IMG/VR virus record: IMGVR_UViG_3300040801_001572
Span: 32,001-96,000 of that record
Length of the DNA stretch: 64,000 bases
From: a virus
Direction: 5' to 3' (one strand)
The notes below the pieces were generated by a model. The model worked only from the letters and a program-made list of their open reading frames with translations, was not told the DNA's origin and searched no databases. A program made the position numbers and the translations under genes. Shown here piece by piece: positions 1 through 10,711 of this stretch (the stretch's first letter is position 1; each line of letters starts with the position of its first letter).

Positions 1-79
1 CTACAATCACTTCGCCAGTGTCACGATCACGTATTGTGATATGACCTTTGATAAAGCTTTTCAATGTTTCGCCCAGCAT
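1..79 (-). CDS. Partial ORF, probable virion structural protein (MLGETLKSFIKGHITIRDRDTGEVIV...), runs off the window
   Basis: ATG at 79 with GAGGA upstream; shares an IxDxxTGxVxV motif with the 81-218 ORF. Confidence 0.55.
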   Translation of the reverse strand, partial: MLGETLKSFIKGHITIRDRDTGEVIV

Positions 80-80
80 C

Positions 81-218
81 TTATCCTCGTTTATTGACTA
101 GAACAGTCCCGGTATTCGGATCTTTGATCACAATGTATGCTGATACGTCGACTTTGGCATTTTCGTCAGGCTTATCGCTAGATTGCGTCTGTTTCTGTTC
201 GTTTTCATTATTTATCAT
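81..218 (-). CDS. 45-aa protein MINNENEQKQTQSSDKPDENAKVDVSAYIVIKDPNTGTVLVNKRG
   Basis: Manual translation (below the ORF track cut-off); lies within the late structural gene run. Confidence 0.55.
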   Translation of the reverse strand: MINNENEQKQTQSSDKPDENAKVDVSAYIVIKDPNTGTVLVNKRG

Positions 219-241
219 AAAGAATTAACCACCCTGTTTAT

Positions 242-3200
242 TTACGTGATACTTCGCACAAATTCCAAAACTTCTGGATACTTGTTAGGGAAGAAGGTAT
301 GATTTTCACCTTCGATCTCGATGTATTCAATTTGTGGGAACGTAGCTGCCATTAGCTGTGCCTGCGAAACGTCTACGATGATATCATCTGTTCCGTGCAG
401 GATTAGATATTCAACTGTGCCCGGCAATGGGTTCAGCGTAGGTGAAACTGCTGAACTTGGGAACGCACCTTGATATGCCGCAGCAAATGCGCCGCCTAGT
501 GTTGCAGGATCTAGCGTATCGAAATCATAAACTCCGTAGAAGCTGACTACACCGGAAACGTCTGTCGGGTCAAGCTGAGATGCTAGCGTTGCTAGATGGC
601 CGCCTGCGCTGAAGCCCATCATTATCACAGGCTGTCCGTATGTTGCTGCCATGAAGTTTTTAGCTTCGATTATGTCTTGTACGCCCAGGTCATGCACTCC
701 TAGTTCGTAGTTGATGTTCACTGTTGGATAGCCAAGTCGTGCATACTGTTGCATGATCTTAGAATCGAATTGAGGTCCAATCTGCTTGTCGCCAGTGAAC
801 CAGCCTCCGCCATGCACAAACATAACAACCGGCTTGTTGATCTGATTAGGAAGCACTGCATCGTATAAATTAAACACAGTATCGGCGCCGTACAATTCGT
901 CATACAAATATGTCAGGTTGCTTGTTGTTCCTGGGCAATCTAATAGGAAGCTTGCTTGTGCTGTACGTGCAAACAAAACTATGTCTCCGTTGGCATCTAC
1001 TTGAACTTCGCCGCTTCCTGCGACATCTGCTGAGAACCAAGGATCAGTTAGAGGTACACGATCGCCTCCGGTGTTAACAAACGTTTGATTAGTAGGCAGC
1101 GCTGCCACATCGTTTGGATCTTGAATTGCTTGTAGTTCGCTTCCGTCGTTTACTCGTGAACCCTGCGGATGACTTGCAATTCTGGTTCCGTTGGTTCCTC
1201 GGCGAATGTCGATTAGTGTATCACCGCTTATGATCCAGTATTCAATTCTTTCTGCATTAATCCAAATTACGCCTGGCTCGCCTACGTCTGGTACTGCTAG
1301 TACACTTGCGTCAGCAACGTCGATTGTTGTCGACAGTGGGGTCAAATCTTCTTCTAGTGTCGTAGAAGCAGCGTCACATGTTCTGCTGTACTCAAATGTT
1401 CCAAATGGAGTCTTGTGCAGTCTGTAGCCAATGTCAGTTGGTGCACCTGTGGTTGCATCCCACAAATCGCCGTCCCAGTTGCCTAGCAGAATAGGATCGG
1501 AGTTATCGTCAGTAAATCCGCTGTCAGTTGTATCCTGGTTGTCCCAGCCTACGCTTGCAGTTGCAATATAGTCTAGAGAAATCACAACGTCTTCTACAGG
1601 CGCAAGTAGGATCTGCTCTTCTGGAGTTTCCCCTGCAGAACCAAACGCACTAGCGTCGACAAGAAGATCAGGATCAGTTTCGCTGAACAAGAAGTCGCCA
1701 ATTGAACCGTTAAAGGTGTTTAGGTCCCATCCGTAAAGTAATTCGCCTAGTCCGTTCGAAACTTGTGTCCACACAATTCCTTGTGGAGTCACTGTAGATT
1801 CGTATCCACTCGGTACACCAGTTATTTCGTCAAAACCGAAAATAGTGATGTTGCCGTCTGACGGAACAGTGTCCCAGCCAAGCAAAAACGCTCCGCCTGA
1901 AATTGCAAGTCTGCTACAGTCTCCTGCCTGCGTATCTAGCAAGTATGACGGGCCGGTTGATGCAGCAAGGTCACCGTCGAATGCTGTAGTGTCCCATGGC
2001 TCCGAATCAAACTGCTCAGTGAAGGTAGACAGATATTCGTCGCGCTCTTCTTCGGAGCACCATACACGAGAATAATTCAGCCTAATGTTGAATAGTCTGA
2101 GGTTCTCTGTAATACTGTCATCGTCCCAATAGCAGCTTTCAGTAATTTCTTGGTCCGGGTTAATTGGATCAACAATCGGTGTATCTAGTGGCACACAAAT
2201 TCTTTCGCCAATGGCGTCGTCAAATGCAGTACCCGGTGCTAAGTCCTCTGTGGATACTAGAACTGTTGTTGCGTCACGCAGTTTGGTATGATATGGCTTC
2301 GCTTCCTCTACATATGACAAGAACTCGTCTAGTAGGTCCGGTTCGAAGTTTGGACGCTGTTCTAGTAGAACGTTATCCTGCAAGAATCTAATATAGGTAG
2401 TCTTGAATACCCAGTCCACATCTTTCTGCTCACTTAATGCATAATTAACCATCGAGAAGAAGAAGAAGTTTTCGTTAATCTCTAGCTCGCTGATGAACAC
2501 ATTGTCTCTTAGTGCAGTAAGAAGCTCACGAATTTCTCTGTACAGTGTTACATTGTTTTGATCAGTGTAAACAGTATCTAAGAAATTGATAGTTCCGTTC
2601 TGTCTGCGAACCAATGTGAAAGTTTCGTCAGATGCTGCATATTCGTAAATCTCGAATACGTCGTTTACGTCAGGTACTGTTGGGAATACTCTTACTAGCG
2701 TTCCGTCGGGTATTGTGCCTGCTAGTGCAAGCAACTCAGTTAAGTTTTCGACCTGCAGTTTTGCGGTTGTGTTTGTGGCATCGTAGCCGTCCTCGAACCA
2801 ATCTACAAACTGCCAGTATGTTCCGCCAGCAAAAGGATCAAGTGGATCATATCCTGTTAAGTCTTCGTTCCAGTTCAAGAATCTTGCATTCCACAACTGA
2901 ATATCGTTCATTATAGAATTGATTTTCTGCGCCATGACTTTACGGGCGCCATTGACGTCAACAAACAACGATTGCTGCGGCCTAATACGTATTCCGTATT
3001 TTTCGTTCTCGCTTAGTGTTGGGCTAGGCACAGGAAGAACAACCTCTGTGTCACTAACTGGCACACCTTGTGAATATTCATCTGCAGGCAGTACATCTGT
3101 GTAACCTACAAGAGAATCGATAGTTTTGTTCCAGAGATAATCCGGGATTTCTGAGAACCGGTCGCCTTCACCAATTAGTTGCCACTGGTCGTGCGCCACG

Positions 3201-6200
3201 TTTGCATCTTCACGCAGCTTGTAGTTAACCTGCAGAACAGCATTCCTGTTAGAAAGAATGTTGTCGACATTTGCAAAGGTCACGCTGTTTGTTTGCTCAG
3301 TTAACTGTATTGGGCTGAACCAGCTGTAACCAAGCGCACGAGGATTCGAAATCAGTCTTTCGATTTCTATAGTAGTTAACGTTCTGTTCGGTATGTTACT
3401 CGGCTTTTCGGTTTTGTCGGTAACCCAGAAATAATAATTTGTAGTTGTAATACGGTTAAACGTATCGAACTCGTCAATCTGCACAAAGTCAGTTGTGTTT
3501 CTTGGTGTGCCGTCTCCGTTGTATTGTGCCGGAGGAACAGGACTCTTAACCCATTCGTACACATCAGCAGAACTACCCGGGAACAATCTGCCCCAGTTGT
3601 CTCTTCTGTATAGAAGGTTGTTTGTTCTCTCAGTGAAGTCATTTCTCTGAGGGAAGATAGGTGGCTGTTCGTAATACAAGAATCTTGTATTAGTGTAGTC
3701 CCACCATATCATGCCAACTTGTGCTTCGCCGAATGTCCTAGAAGGATTAATCAGTCTCTCATCACTTGCATTAGTGTATCTAGCCGGGTCTCTTGCTGAT
3801 TTGAAATCGATGTTCTGATCTGCTGGGCCAGCTAGGATGTCCTTAAACGGATCATACACAGGCAAGCGAGAAAGTGTATCAGCAGTTCTGATATCACGTA
3901 TAAATGCGTTCTCGTACAGACTTGTATCTACTAGGACATTCTGCTGTCTGAATAGTGTGGTTCCTGTGTCAAATCCTTCGGTTCCGCTATCCCATGCAAG
4001 CGTATCCCATGCTTGGATACCGTCGCCTAGGAATTCGACTCTCCATAGTCCGTCGACATCGTCTACCCATGACAGATAGTTTCTATCAAAGTTATATTTT
4101 ACACGTTCGCTCTGTGTACGGAATCTCAAATTAAATGGCGTATACGCATTTATGAACGAAGTGTCAGTAGGTGCAAAAGTTTCGTCCCAAGACACAGGTG
4201 TTCCGTCTTGATTTTGCAAGAACCAGACACCTAAGTCACTGTCGTAGCTATAACGGTACACCTCGTTGAGGTCCGGTGTCTCAATAACAATTATTCCGCT
4301 GTCATTGAATGATCCGCTAAACTCGTGGTCAAGATATCTTCTTGGCAGCTCTTCGCTGTCGCCAATAAAGAAACTGTTGTCGATATCTAGCAGAACCATG
4401 TCTCCAGTTCCACCAGTCTCGCTATCCCAAGGATTGTTATCGAATTGGTTGTTACCGAATCCGTCTGCGCTAGATCTTATGTTTGATGCTGCTCCGGAGA
4501 ACAGAATATAAACGCCCCAATCTTCCTGTTTGTTAACTGCTACCCAAATAGTATCCTCGAATCCAAGTGGTTCGATGTCAGGCAACGAGAAAACTGCTTC
4601 AGTGTTAAATGCTGTACGGTTAACGTCATCTAGGTGCACGTAACCTGCGTTTGGTGCAGTGTAATCTAACCAATTTTTTTCTGTTGTCGGAACTGCAAAT
4701 CTTGCATCGACGCCGCGAGGACGAAGTACCCACTTGTCTGTGTCATCGATGTCGACTTCTACAATTGCATCAGTTGACAGATCTTGCACAACGTCAGGCT
4801 GGAACACACTGTATGCAAAGTCAGTCTGAGGATTTGATGTATCTACTCTCGTGTCTTCGATTACAATATCGGGTGCACCGGTGTATCCTTCGCCGGCGTT
4901 GGTTACTGTGATAGATTCTAGTCGGTTGTTGCTGTTCAGTGTTGCAGTTGCAGTTGCTTCTACAGTTGGTGTTTCACCATTAGCAGGTACTACAGTGATG
5001 CCTGGTACAGATGCATAGAAATCTTCTGCGTTATAGATCACAATGTCTCTAACAGAACCTGTGCCGCTGCGAACATAGTTCAAGCGATATGTCTGCGGGT
5101 CACTTCTTACTTCGTCGAAATTAGAAACAAACTCAATAGTAATGTTTTCATCTGTTCCGCCAAAGTCTGCGATCTTGAACGCCCACTCTTCAGTAAAGCT
5201 GATGTCATCTTTTCCGGTAATTGCATCGGAACGCAGCAGCTTGTCAACTGCATTAGCAGTACCTTTTTGGCGAATAAATCCTTGGTAGAAGTTAAACTGC
5301 ACATCGTCTGAAATTTCTAGTTCGTCTAAGAACTCTCTATTTTCTTGGCCAATAAGGTGTCTAGCACCTGCTTCGATTTCAGGATTGTCAAGCGCAGTTT
5401 CTGTGTCGTAGTAACGACGGATACTTTCTGCAAGGTTGTCAAAGTTCTGTATTAGTGTGTTGTCTTGCACAAGGAAGCCCGGCGCTTCTAGTTTACCGAA
5501 CCAGTTGTTAGTCTTGGTTCCTGTAAACTGTAGACGGTCTTGTCGCACACGAAGTAGCGGATCATACACAGTATCGTTGAACTCTGTAATGTTATCAAAC
5601 AGAACAATATGCTCTGTTTCTTTTGCACTAACTCGTAGATAGTATACACCGGTTCCGAGATCATTAGGAACAACCTGGATAAATCTATCCTGTCTGTTAA
5701 TCAGTGTATCTTGTGGATTGATGCTTACACCGCGCTTGTCGAGAATACTGTAAACACCGTTGCTTAATTTCTCAACGTTTGCTGGATAACCTGTTTCGAC
5801 TTCTAGTGTTACTGCATCTGCGCCTGGGCTCAGGAACAGCGCATTGTCTGGAGCCCACTCGTTAACAACCCAGAACAAGAACTGATCGCCTGCTAGGCGC
5901 CAGTTCAGTATTTGATTAAGATCGTTTGATCTTTCAAAGTTAAATCCTTCACTTTCTAAGAAAGCACCGTATCCGATTAGGAAATCGAATACTGCCTGTG
6001 CGTCTGGAAGGATGGTTGCATAAGGTACAATTTCTGGTTCGTCTACTCTGTCTGGGAAATAGGTAACAGTGATTCCGCCTACCTCTGGCAATGCATTTAG
6101 TCTAGTCCAGTTTGCAGACACAAACGTATCGGCAGTATGTGAAACATTTGCCTGATAGAATTGTGTGCGGTATCTTACAATATCGCCAGCTGAGTAAGTC

Positions 6201-9200
6201 TCACCGAATTCAAATTCACGGAACGCTGCTGGCGTGCCGCCTTGATTGACCTGTATTGCGCGACTGGTGTCTCTTGCCGGCAACACTTTAAATGTTTGGC
6301 ACAGTAGATCATAGCCATAAACAGTGAATGTTCCGTCTGCATTTGCGCGAACAATTACACCGCTGTATGTGTAATCTCTAATGCTAGATCCAGTGTAGAG
6401 GAATGTCTGGTAGTTATTAGTCGGTACCAATAAGTTTCCTGTTGACGACCCAGTGCTGCTGCTTGATAATCTAAAGCGCAGTGTATCCTGGTTAGTGAAC
6501 GATGCTGTTTTGTAACCCAGATTGATGTCTAGGTTGCGCACAAGATTACCGAAGTTGTCGGTAATATTCTTGCTCAAGAAAAACAGCCTGTCGGAAATAT
6601 ATTGCTGGTAACCAGTACGGTATACTACAGAGCCGCTAACGGTTTCGCCGTGAACAGTTTGTGTTTCGTTCTTAAGTCTTTCGTTTGTGAGCAGGTCAAG
6701 TAACTGGTCTCCACGGAAATCTAAATCAGCGGGTGCCCAGAAAAATTCTCCGAACTCTGCAGGACGCATTAGGTAATAAAATTCTAGTTGACTGAAATAG
6801 TATTCACTCGATTCGTACCATGCTCTTTCTACTGGCGCGCCATCACCGTATACCCACGGTCCGTCTACTCCGTCCCACTGACCAAGAGGATCTAGCCCAA
6901 AGATATCTGCAATAGGTCGTATTGCTCCTGCGCCGTCTACAGGAAGCACTGTGCTTAGTCCTGGACGTACAAATTCTTCATTAACGCCTGCGCGAGTTCC
7001 ACGACGAACTAATCCTGCTTCTAGGTCAGCCCACAGAGGATCTGTGCTAGGGTATGGTCCAGGGCCGTATCCGTTGAAGCCGTCTCCTGTATCAGGTGTA
7101 GCTTCCCACCAGTCTGGCTCTCTACTAAATCCAAGCATCTCCCACGGGGCATCAGCAGGATCACAAGTATCGTATAACCACTCGAATATTCCTTTCCAGT
7201 GTCCTGGTAAGTTTTCTCCTGTTAGCGGATCTACTTGAGTACTGTAATTCCATGTTCTCCATTCTGCAGAATTATAGAATTCGTTAATCCTGTAATCTGC
7301 TCTGTTCTCTGCGCTCCACTTTGAGAAGAAGCTTTCTGTAATCTTATAAAATTCGTCTCGGGTGTAACGATTAATATCAGTTTCGATAATCTCGTTGTTT
7401 ACTGTGTCTAACTGACGGAAATATCCAGGACGAATATCCTCGATGCGAAGCAATGTGTTCGGATCACGGTTAAATTTCGGATTAATGCCGTTGTAAATTC
7501 TTTTCTCAAGTTCGTACAGCAGTAGATCCCTAATATCGGTACTAGTCGGAATATTTTCCGCATCAAATGTGATATCACCGAATGTAGGAGTTTTAGATCC
7601 GTCGTGACCAACAAGAACAAAAATTGGTGTAACATAAGAATCGTCTAGTTCAAACCTAGGCTGAACTGCTGGCGCCATTCCTAGCTTGGCAGGAGTTGCA
7701 GGAATAAATGCCGGAGGAGAATCTTCGTAAATTCTTCCGATAATCTCGTCACCAAACGAAAGTATGTCGCTAGGCAGGAACGTAATTTCTGTGCCGAGCT
7801 CTGTGCCAGTCACAATATAATCACGGTCAACAAGCAACAGCTCTGCCTGCTCGTAGATGTCGTTGTTATCTGTATCTACAATTTTGTATAGGTACAGCAC
7901 ATTAGTCGGGTCGGACAAATCGACATCAAAGAAACTAGGATTGTTAAAGTCTACTGTGGTTTCTTCTGTACGGAAAACATCAGACCTGCCAATCATATAA
8001 CTGAAAGCAAAAGAGTCAGAAAACTCTCTAGTAGCCGACAGCACAGCTAGGATTTCTTCTAGCCACAGGTCGATGAAGATTTCATTCTCTCCTACAAGTG
8101 GACTAAATCCTGCAATGTCTCTTTGTGTTGCAATTTTCAAGAACCTGGCCTTGAAGTTTACATACTCATTTTGTGCAAAACGAATTGCCGGAATTACATC
8201 AACATCATCTGTAGAAGATGCAAACATTGTGCGCAACAGGCTGGCTTGGTTTTGTAGAATGAATGTACCCAGCGAAGGATCTTGAAGCGTATCTCTGTAT
8301 GTATTCTTGCCTAGGCTGTTTCCTGTTACACCGATTTGGTTACCAATGATTGTGGTAAAGTGCGGAGTAAGATCACTAAAGCTCTGGTCAAACACTTCTA
8401 GGTTAGTCGGGTTAGCTTCTATCTGCTGAGGTATCTCAAAATAGCCTAAGTCTTCTTCTTGCAGGCGCCCATAAGTATAAGTGAAAGCTTCAATCACATC
8501 GTTCTGTACGATGTCTTGTGCTTCTGGTTCATCGCTGTTTACACCGTTGATTAGTCTAAGAGTTGGTTCCCCGTTCACATACAAGAACTGGAAATTAGTT
8601 GTCGGTTCGCTGTTAACAAACACTTCCATGTTTGCAGCATCGTCATTAAGCGGTGCAAGGCTAAGAATATAATCAATTTGTGTGCTATCAGTTCGGAAAG
8701 CAGCATAGCGATCGATTACTCGCTGGCGACTCTCGGCTTCGGTTTGGTACCAGCCGTTATCTAGTTGCCATGTTGTCTGATCAGCTTCGTCGTCGGTTAA
8801 GCTAGTTGTTCTGTAATAGTAATAACCAGGAATAGAAACAAGGTTGTTGTCTACAACATAACTGTATCTTTCAGTCTGTAAATCGTTTTCGAATACAATG
8901 TCACTTAGCTGGCCAAGCGATTCAAATACAATTGGTAGTCCTAAAACGCCATCGATAACTGCTTCAGGATCAGTAGACAATTTGTAAGAGAATATTTCTG
9001 ATCCACCGAAGTTGCTGCCTGGGAATAGCACATCGTCATCTAGTGGGACATATGTTTCTCCACCTAGTGAGTCTAGTGCGTAAAGGTTGAACTTAGGAAA
9101 AGGTGTGTCCGCAGTTTTCTGCGATTCTGCCAGTACCCACAGTCCTGGTTCCCATGTTGCGTTGTCGCTTGGTGTGCCAACGTCAGCTGTGAAGAAGTGT

Positions 9201-10708
9201 GTTTCACCGAAGTGGTTATACACATTGTTTCTAGGACCATTATTAATTAGAATAATGTCGCCTTCGTTGATAGCTGCGTTCTGTGGCATAAGTGGGTCAA
9301 CAACTTCGCCTTCTTTATAAGGCACAAGTACCACAGTGTCGGTGCCACCGTCGTCGACAATTGTGATTTGCCACACAAACTGTCGTACAGTTAGAGGGTT
9401 ACCTTCGTCGTCGAGTACTTGGTCGTAATCCCATTCTAGGCCGTCCCAGTTACCCCTCAGTATCGGCGAGAATGTTTCGTCTAGTTCACCAGTTGGTGTC
9501 GGGTCCTGGTTATCCCAACCCGACGGAATTGACAGGGTAGAAAAATCACAAGGGAAAACAATTCTAGTTCCTGCAGAAACAGGACCTTCACTGAATATCG
9601 GAAGCGCTTGTACATCTGCAAGCGGCTGTCCTTGTACTGTGTTGAACTGCAAAGAGTTCACATCGCAACAGGTTATGCTGTTTCCGTTACCATTATCGTC
9701 TTTGTTTACGACCTGTGCAAAGTATTCTACTTCTGTTAAGAAATTTGTACCCGAACGGAATAATTCAATGTCACGGAAGAACTCGATGATTGGTCGTTGT
9801 GCTCTAACTGCATTGTCTGGGAAACCTTGTCCAGCGCCTGCAGATATAGCTTGGTTAATTACATCAATGTGATACCATTTGTTAGTTCTGCTCCATGCAT
9901 TAAGGTCTAGTGCACCTCGTTGCATAGTTACGTAATCAGGATTGAAGTTTGCAGTGTTGATACTGTCGAACGGCTGCGAATCCCATCTTGTGTTGTCGGA
10001 ACTAGGATCATTCGGGAACGAACTATCCCATGGCAAGTTAGCAGGATCTTCTTGTATTTGAATTTCTGTCTGATCAGCAACTAACAGTATTGCATCACCT
10101 ACATTTTCCACAGTGTAGATACGATTGTAACTTGCCGAACCTTGGAAACGAACACGCAGACCGCTAGTAAATTCTATGTCTTGTGGCGAAGCTGCTACGA
10201 CCTGAGTAGTATTGAAGTTTGCTTGTCCTAACACAAGTGTCTCAACATCAGTGTCAGTCATTCCTGAGATAATGATGTCGCTTAGTCTGTTAGGTAGCCA
10301 GAAATAGTTCTGGAAGTTTACAAACTTGTCTACGTCAATCGGAGGACTGTAGCTGTAGTATTCACCGTTAAACAATCTGTCGTGATTCTCAACGTCGCCT
10401 CCGTAGAAGCGAATTCGATCAATCATGTCTTTGTAGAAGAACTGATTGGTTTTCTCGAGCGTGTCGATATTAGTCGAATATGCAGTCGGTTCAAGCTGAT
10501 ACCAAGTTCTGTCTTTATCTGGCTCCGGCAAATAGAAATCGTTAATAGGATCGAACTCGCCGCCTACGCGACGACCGATAAATCCAGTTAGTCTATCTGC
10601 ATCTCTTTTAGAAAATACCTGATCAAACGTCGCATCAAAGAACTTGCGTTCTGTTACTGTTTGAAAGACGCTAGGTAAGCGACGGATGGTATCTGTGTTA
10701 TTTGCCAT
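242..10708 (-). CDS. Giant (3488 aa) baseplate/virion structural protein with C-terminal alpha/beta-hydrolase (HSL-family esterase) domain
   Basis: Downstream of the gp6-like wedge gene; acidic with repeated WDxxxWD motifs; C-terminus has HGGG, GFSAG, HGTDDIIV and ENH motifs. Confidence 0.75.
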   Translation of the reverse strand: MANNTDTIRRLPSVFQTVTERKFFDATFDQVFSKRDADRLTGFIGRRVGGEFDPINDFYLPEPDKDRTWYQLEPTAYSTNIDTLEKTNQFFYKDMIDRIRFYGGDVENHDRLFNGEYYSYSPPIDVDKFVNFQNYFWLPNRLSDIIISGMTDTDVETLVLGQANFNTTQVVAASPQDIEFTSGLRVRFQGSASYNRIYTVENVGDAILLVADQTEIQIQEDPANLPWDSSFPNDPSSDNTRWDSQPFDSINTANFNPDYVTMQRGALDLNAWSRTNKWYHIDVINQAISAGAGQGFPDNAVRAQRPIIEFFRDIELFRSGTNFLTEVEYFAQVVNKDDNGNGNSITCCDVNSLQFNTVQGQPLADVQALPIFSEGPVSAGTRIVFPCDFSTLSIPSGWDNQDPTPTGELDETFSPILRGNWDGLEWDYDQVLDDEGNPLTVRQFVWQITIVDDGGTDTVVLVPYKEGEVVDPLMPQNAAINEGDIILINNGPRNNVYNHFGETHFFTADVGTPSDNATWEPGLWVLAESQKTADTPFPKFNLYALDSLGGETYVPLDDDVLFPGSNFGGSEIFSYKLSTDPEAVIDGVLGLPIVFESLGQLSDIVFENDLQTERYSYVVDNNLVSIPGYYYYRTTSLTDDEADQTTWQLDNGWYQTEAESRQRVIDRYAAFRTDSTQIDYILSLAPLNDDAANMEVFVNSEPTTNFQFLYVNGEPTLRLINGVNSDEPEAQDIVQNDVIEAFTYTYGRLQEEDLGYFEIPQQIEANPTNLEVFDQSFSDLTPHFTTIIGNQIGVTGNSLGKNTYRDTLQDPSLGTFILQNQASLLRTMFASSTDDVDVIPAIRFAQNEYVNFKARFLKIATQRDIAGFSPLVGENEIFIDLWLEEILAVLSATREFSDSFAFSYMIGRSDVFRTEETTVDFNNPSFFDVDLSDPTNVLYLYKIVDTDNNDIYEQAELLLVDRDYIVTGTELGTEITFLPSDILSFGDEIIGRIYEDSPPAFIPATPAKLGMAPAVQPRFELDDSYVTPIFVLVGHDGSKTPTFGDITFDAENIPTSTDIRDLLLYELEKRIYNGINPKFNRDPNTLLRIEDIRPGYFRQLDTVNNEIIETDINRYTRDEFYKITESFFSKWSAENRADYRINEFYNSAEWRTWNYSTQVDPLTGENLPGHWKGIFEWLYDTCDPADAPWEMLGFSREPDWWEATPDTGDGFNGYGPGPYPSTDPLWADLEAGLVRRGTRAGVNEEFVRPGLSTVLPVDGAGAIRPIADIFGLDPLGQWDGVDGPWVYGDGAPVERAWYESSEYYFSQLEFYYLMRPAEFGEFFWAPADLDFRGDQLLDLLTNERLKNETQTVHGETVSGSVVYRTGYQQYISDRLFFLSKNITDNFGNLVRNLDINLGYKTASFTNQDTLRFRLSSSSTGSSTGNLLVPTNNYQTFLYTGSSIRDYTYSGVIVRANADGTFTVYGYDLLCQTFKVLPARDTSRAIQVNQGGTPAAFREFEFGETYSAGDIVRYRTQFYQANVSHTADTFVSANWTRLNALPEVGGITVTYFPDRVDEPEIVPYATILPDAQAVFDFLIGYGAFLESEGFNFERSNDLNQILNWRLAGDQFLFWVVNEWAPDNALFLSPGADAVTLEVETGYPANVEKLSNGVYSILDKRGVSINPQDTLINRQDRFIQVVPNDLGTGVYYLRVSAKETEHIVLFDNITEFNDTVYDPLLRVRQDRLQFTGTKTNNWFGKLEAPGFLVQDNTLIQNFDNLAESIRRYYDTETALDNPEIEAGARHLIGQENREFLDELEISDDVQFNFYQGFIRQKGTANAVDKLLRSDAITGKDDISFTEEWAFKIADFGGTDENITIEFVSNFDEVRSDPQTYRLNYVRSGTGSVRDIVIYNAEDFYASVPGITVVPANGETPTVEATATATLNSNNRLESITVTNAGEGYTGAPDIVIEDTRVDTSNPQTDFAYSVFQPDVVQDLSTDAIVEVDIDDTDKWVLRPRGVDARFAVPTTEKNWLDYTAPNAGYVHLDDVNRTAFNTEAVFSLPDIEPLGFEDTIWVAVNKQEDWGVYILFSGAASNIRSSADGFGNNQFDNNPWDSETGGTGDMVLLDIDNSFFIGDSEELPRRYLDHEFSGSFNDSGIIVIETPDLNEVYRYSYDSDLGVWFLQNQDGTPVSWDETFAPTDTSFINAYTPFNLRFRTQSERVKYNFDRNYLSWVDDVDGLWRVEFLGDGIQAWDTLAWDSGTEGFDTGTTLFRQQNVLVDTSLYENAFIRDIRTADTLSRLPVYDPFKDILAGPADQNIDFKSARDPARYTNASDERLINPSRTFGEAQVGMIWWDYTNTRFLYYEQPPIFPQRNDFTERTNNLLYRRDNWGRLFPGSSADVYEWVKSPVPPAQYNGDGTPRNTTDFVQIDEFDTFNRITTTNYYFWVTDKTEKPSNIPNRTLTTIEIERLISNPRALGYSWFSPIQLTEQTNSVTFANVDNILSNRNAVLQVNYKLREDANVAHDQWQLIGEGDRFSEIPDYLWNKTIDSLVGYTDVLPADEYSQGVPVSDTEVVLPVPSPTLSENEKYGIRIRPQQSLFVDVNGARKVMAQKINSIMNDIQLWNARFLNWNEDLTGYDPLDPFAGGTYWQFVDWFEDGYDATNTTAKLQVENLTELLALAGTIPDGTLVRVFPTVPDVNDVFEIYEYAASDETFTLVRRQNGTINFLDTVYTDQNNVTLYREIRELLTALRDNVFISELEINENFFFFSMVNYALSEQKDVDWVFKTTYIRFLQDNVLLEQRPNFEPDLLDEFLSYVEEAKPYHTKLRDATTVLVSTEDLAPGTAFDDAIGERICVPLDTPIVDPINPDQEITESCYWDDDSITENLRLFNIRLNYSRVWCSEEERDEYLSTFTEQFDSEPWDTTAFDGDLAASTGPSYLLDTQAGDCSRLAISGGAFLLGWDTVPSDGNITIFGFDEITGVPSGYESTVTPQGIVWTQVSNGLGELLYGWDLNTFNGSIGDFLFSETDPDLLVDASAFGSAGETPEEQILLAPVEDVVISLDYIATASVGWDNQDTTDSGFTDDNSDPILLGNWDGDLWDATTGAPTDIGYRLHKTPFGTFEYSRTCDAASTTLEEDLTPLSTTIDVADASVLAVPDVGEPGVIWINAERIEYWIISGDTLIDIRRGTNGTRIASHPQGSRVNDGSELQAIQDPNDVAALPTNQTFVNTGGDRVPLTDPWFSADVAGSGEVQVDANGDIVLFARTAQASFLLDCPGTTSNLTYLYDELYGADTVFNLYDAVLPNQINKPVVMFVHGGGWFTGDKQIGPQFDSKIMQQYARLGYPTVNINYELGVHDLGVQDIIEAKNFMAATYGQPVIMMGFSAGGHLATLASQLDPTDVSGVVSFYGVYDFDTLDPATLGGAFAAAYQGAFPSSAVSPTLNPLPGTVEYLILHGTDDIIVDVSQAQLMAATFPQIEYIEIEGENHTFFPNKYPEVLEFVRSIT

Positions 10709-10711
10709 GTA

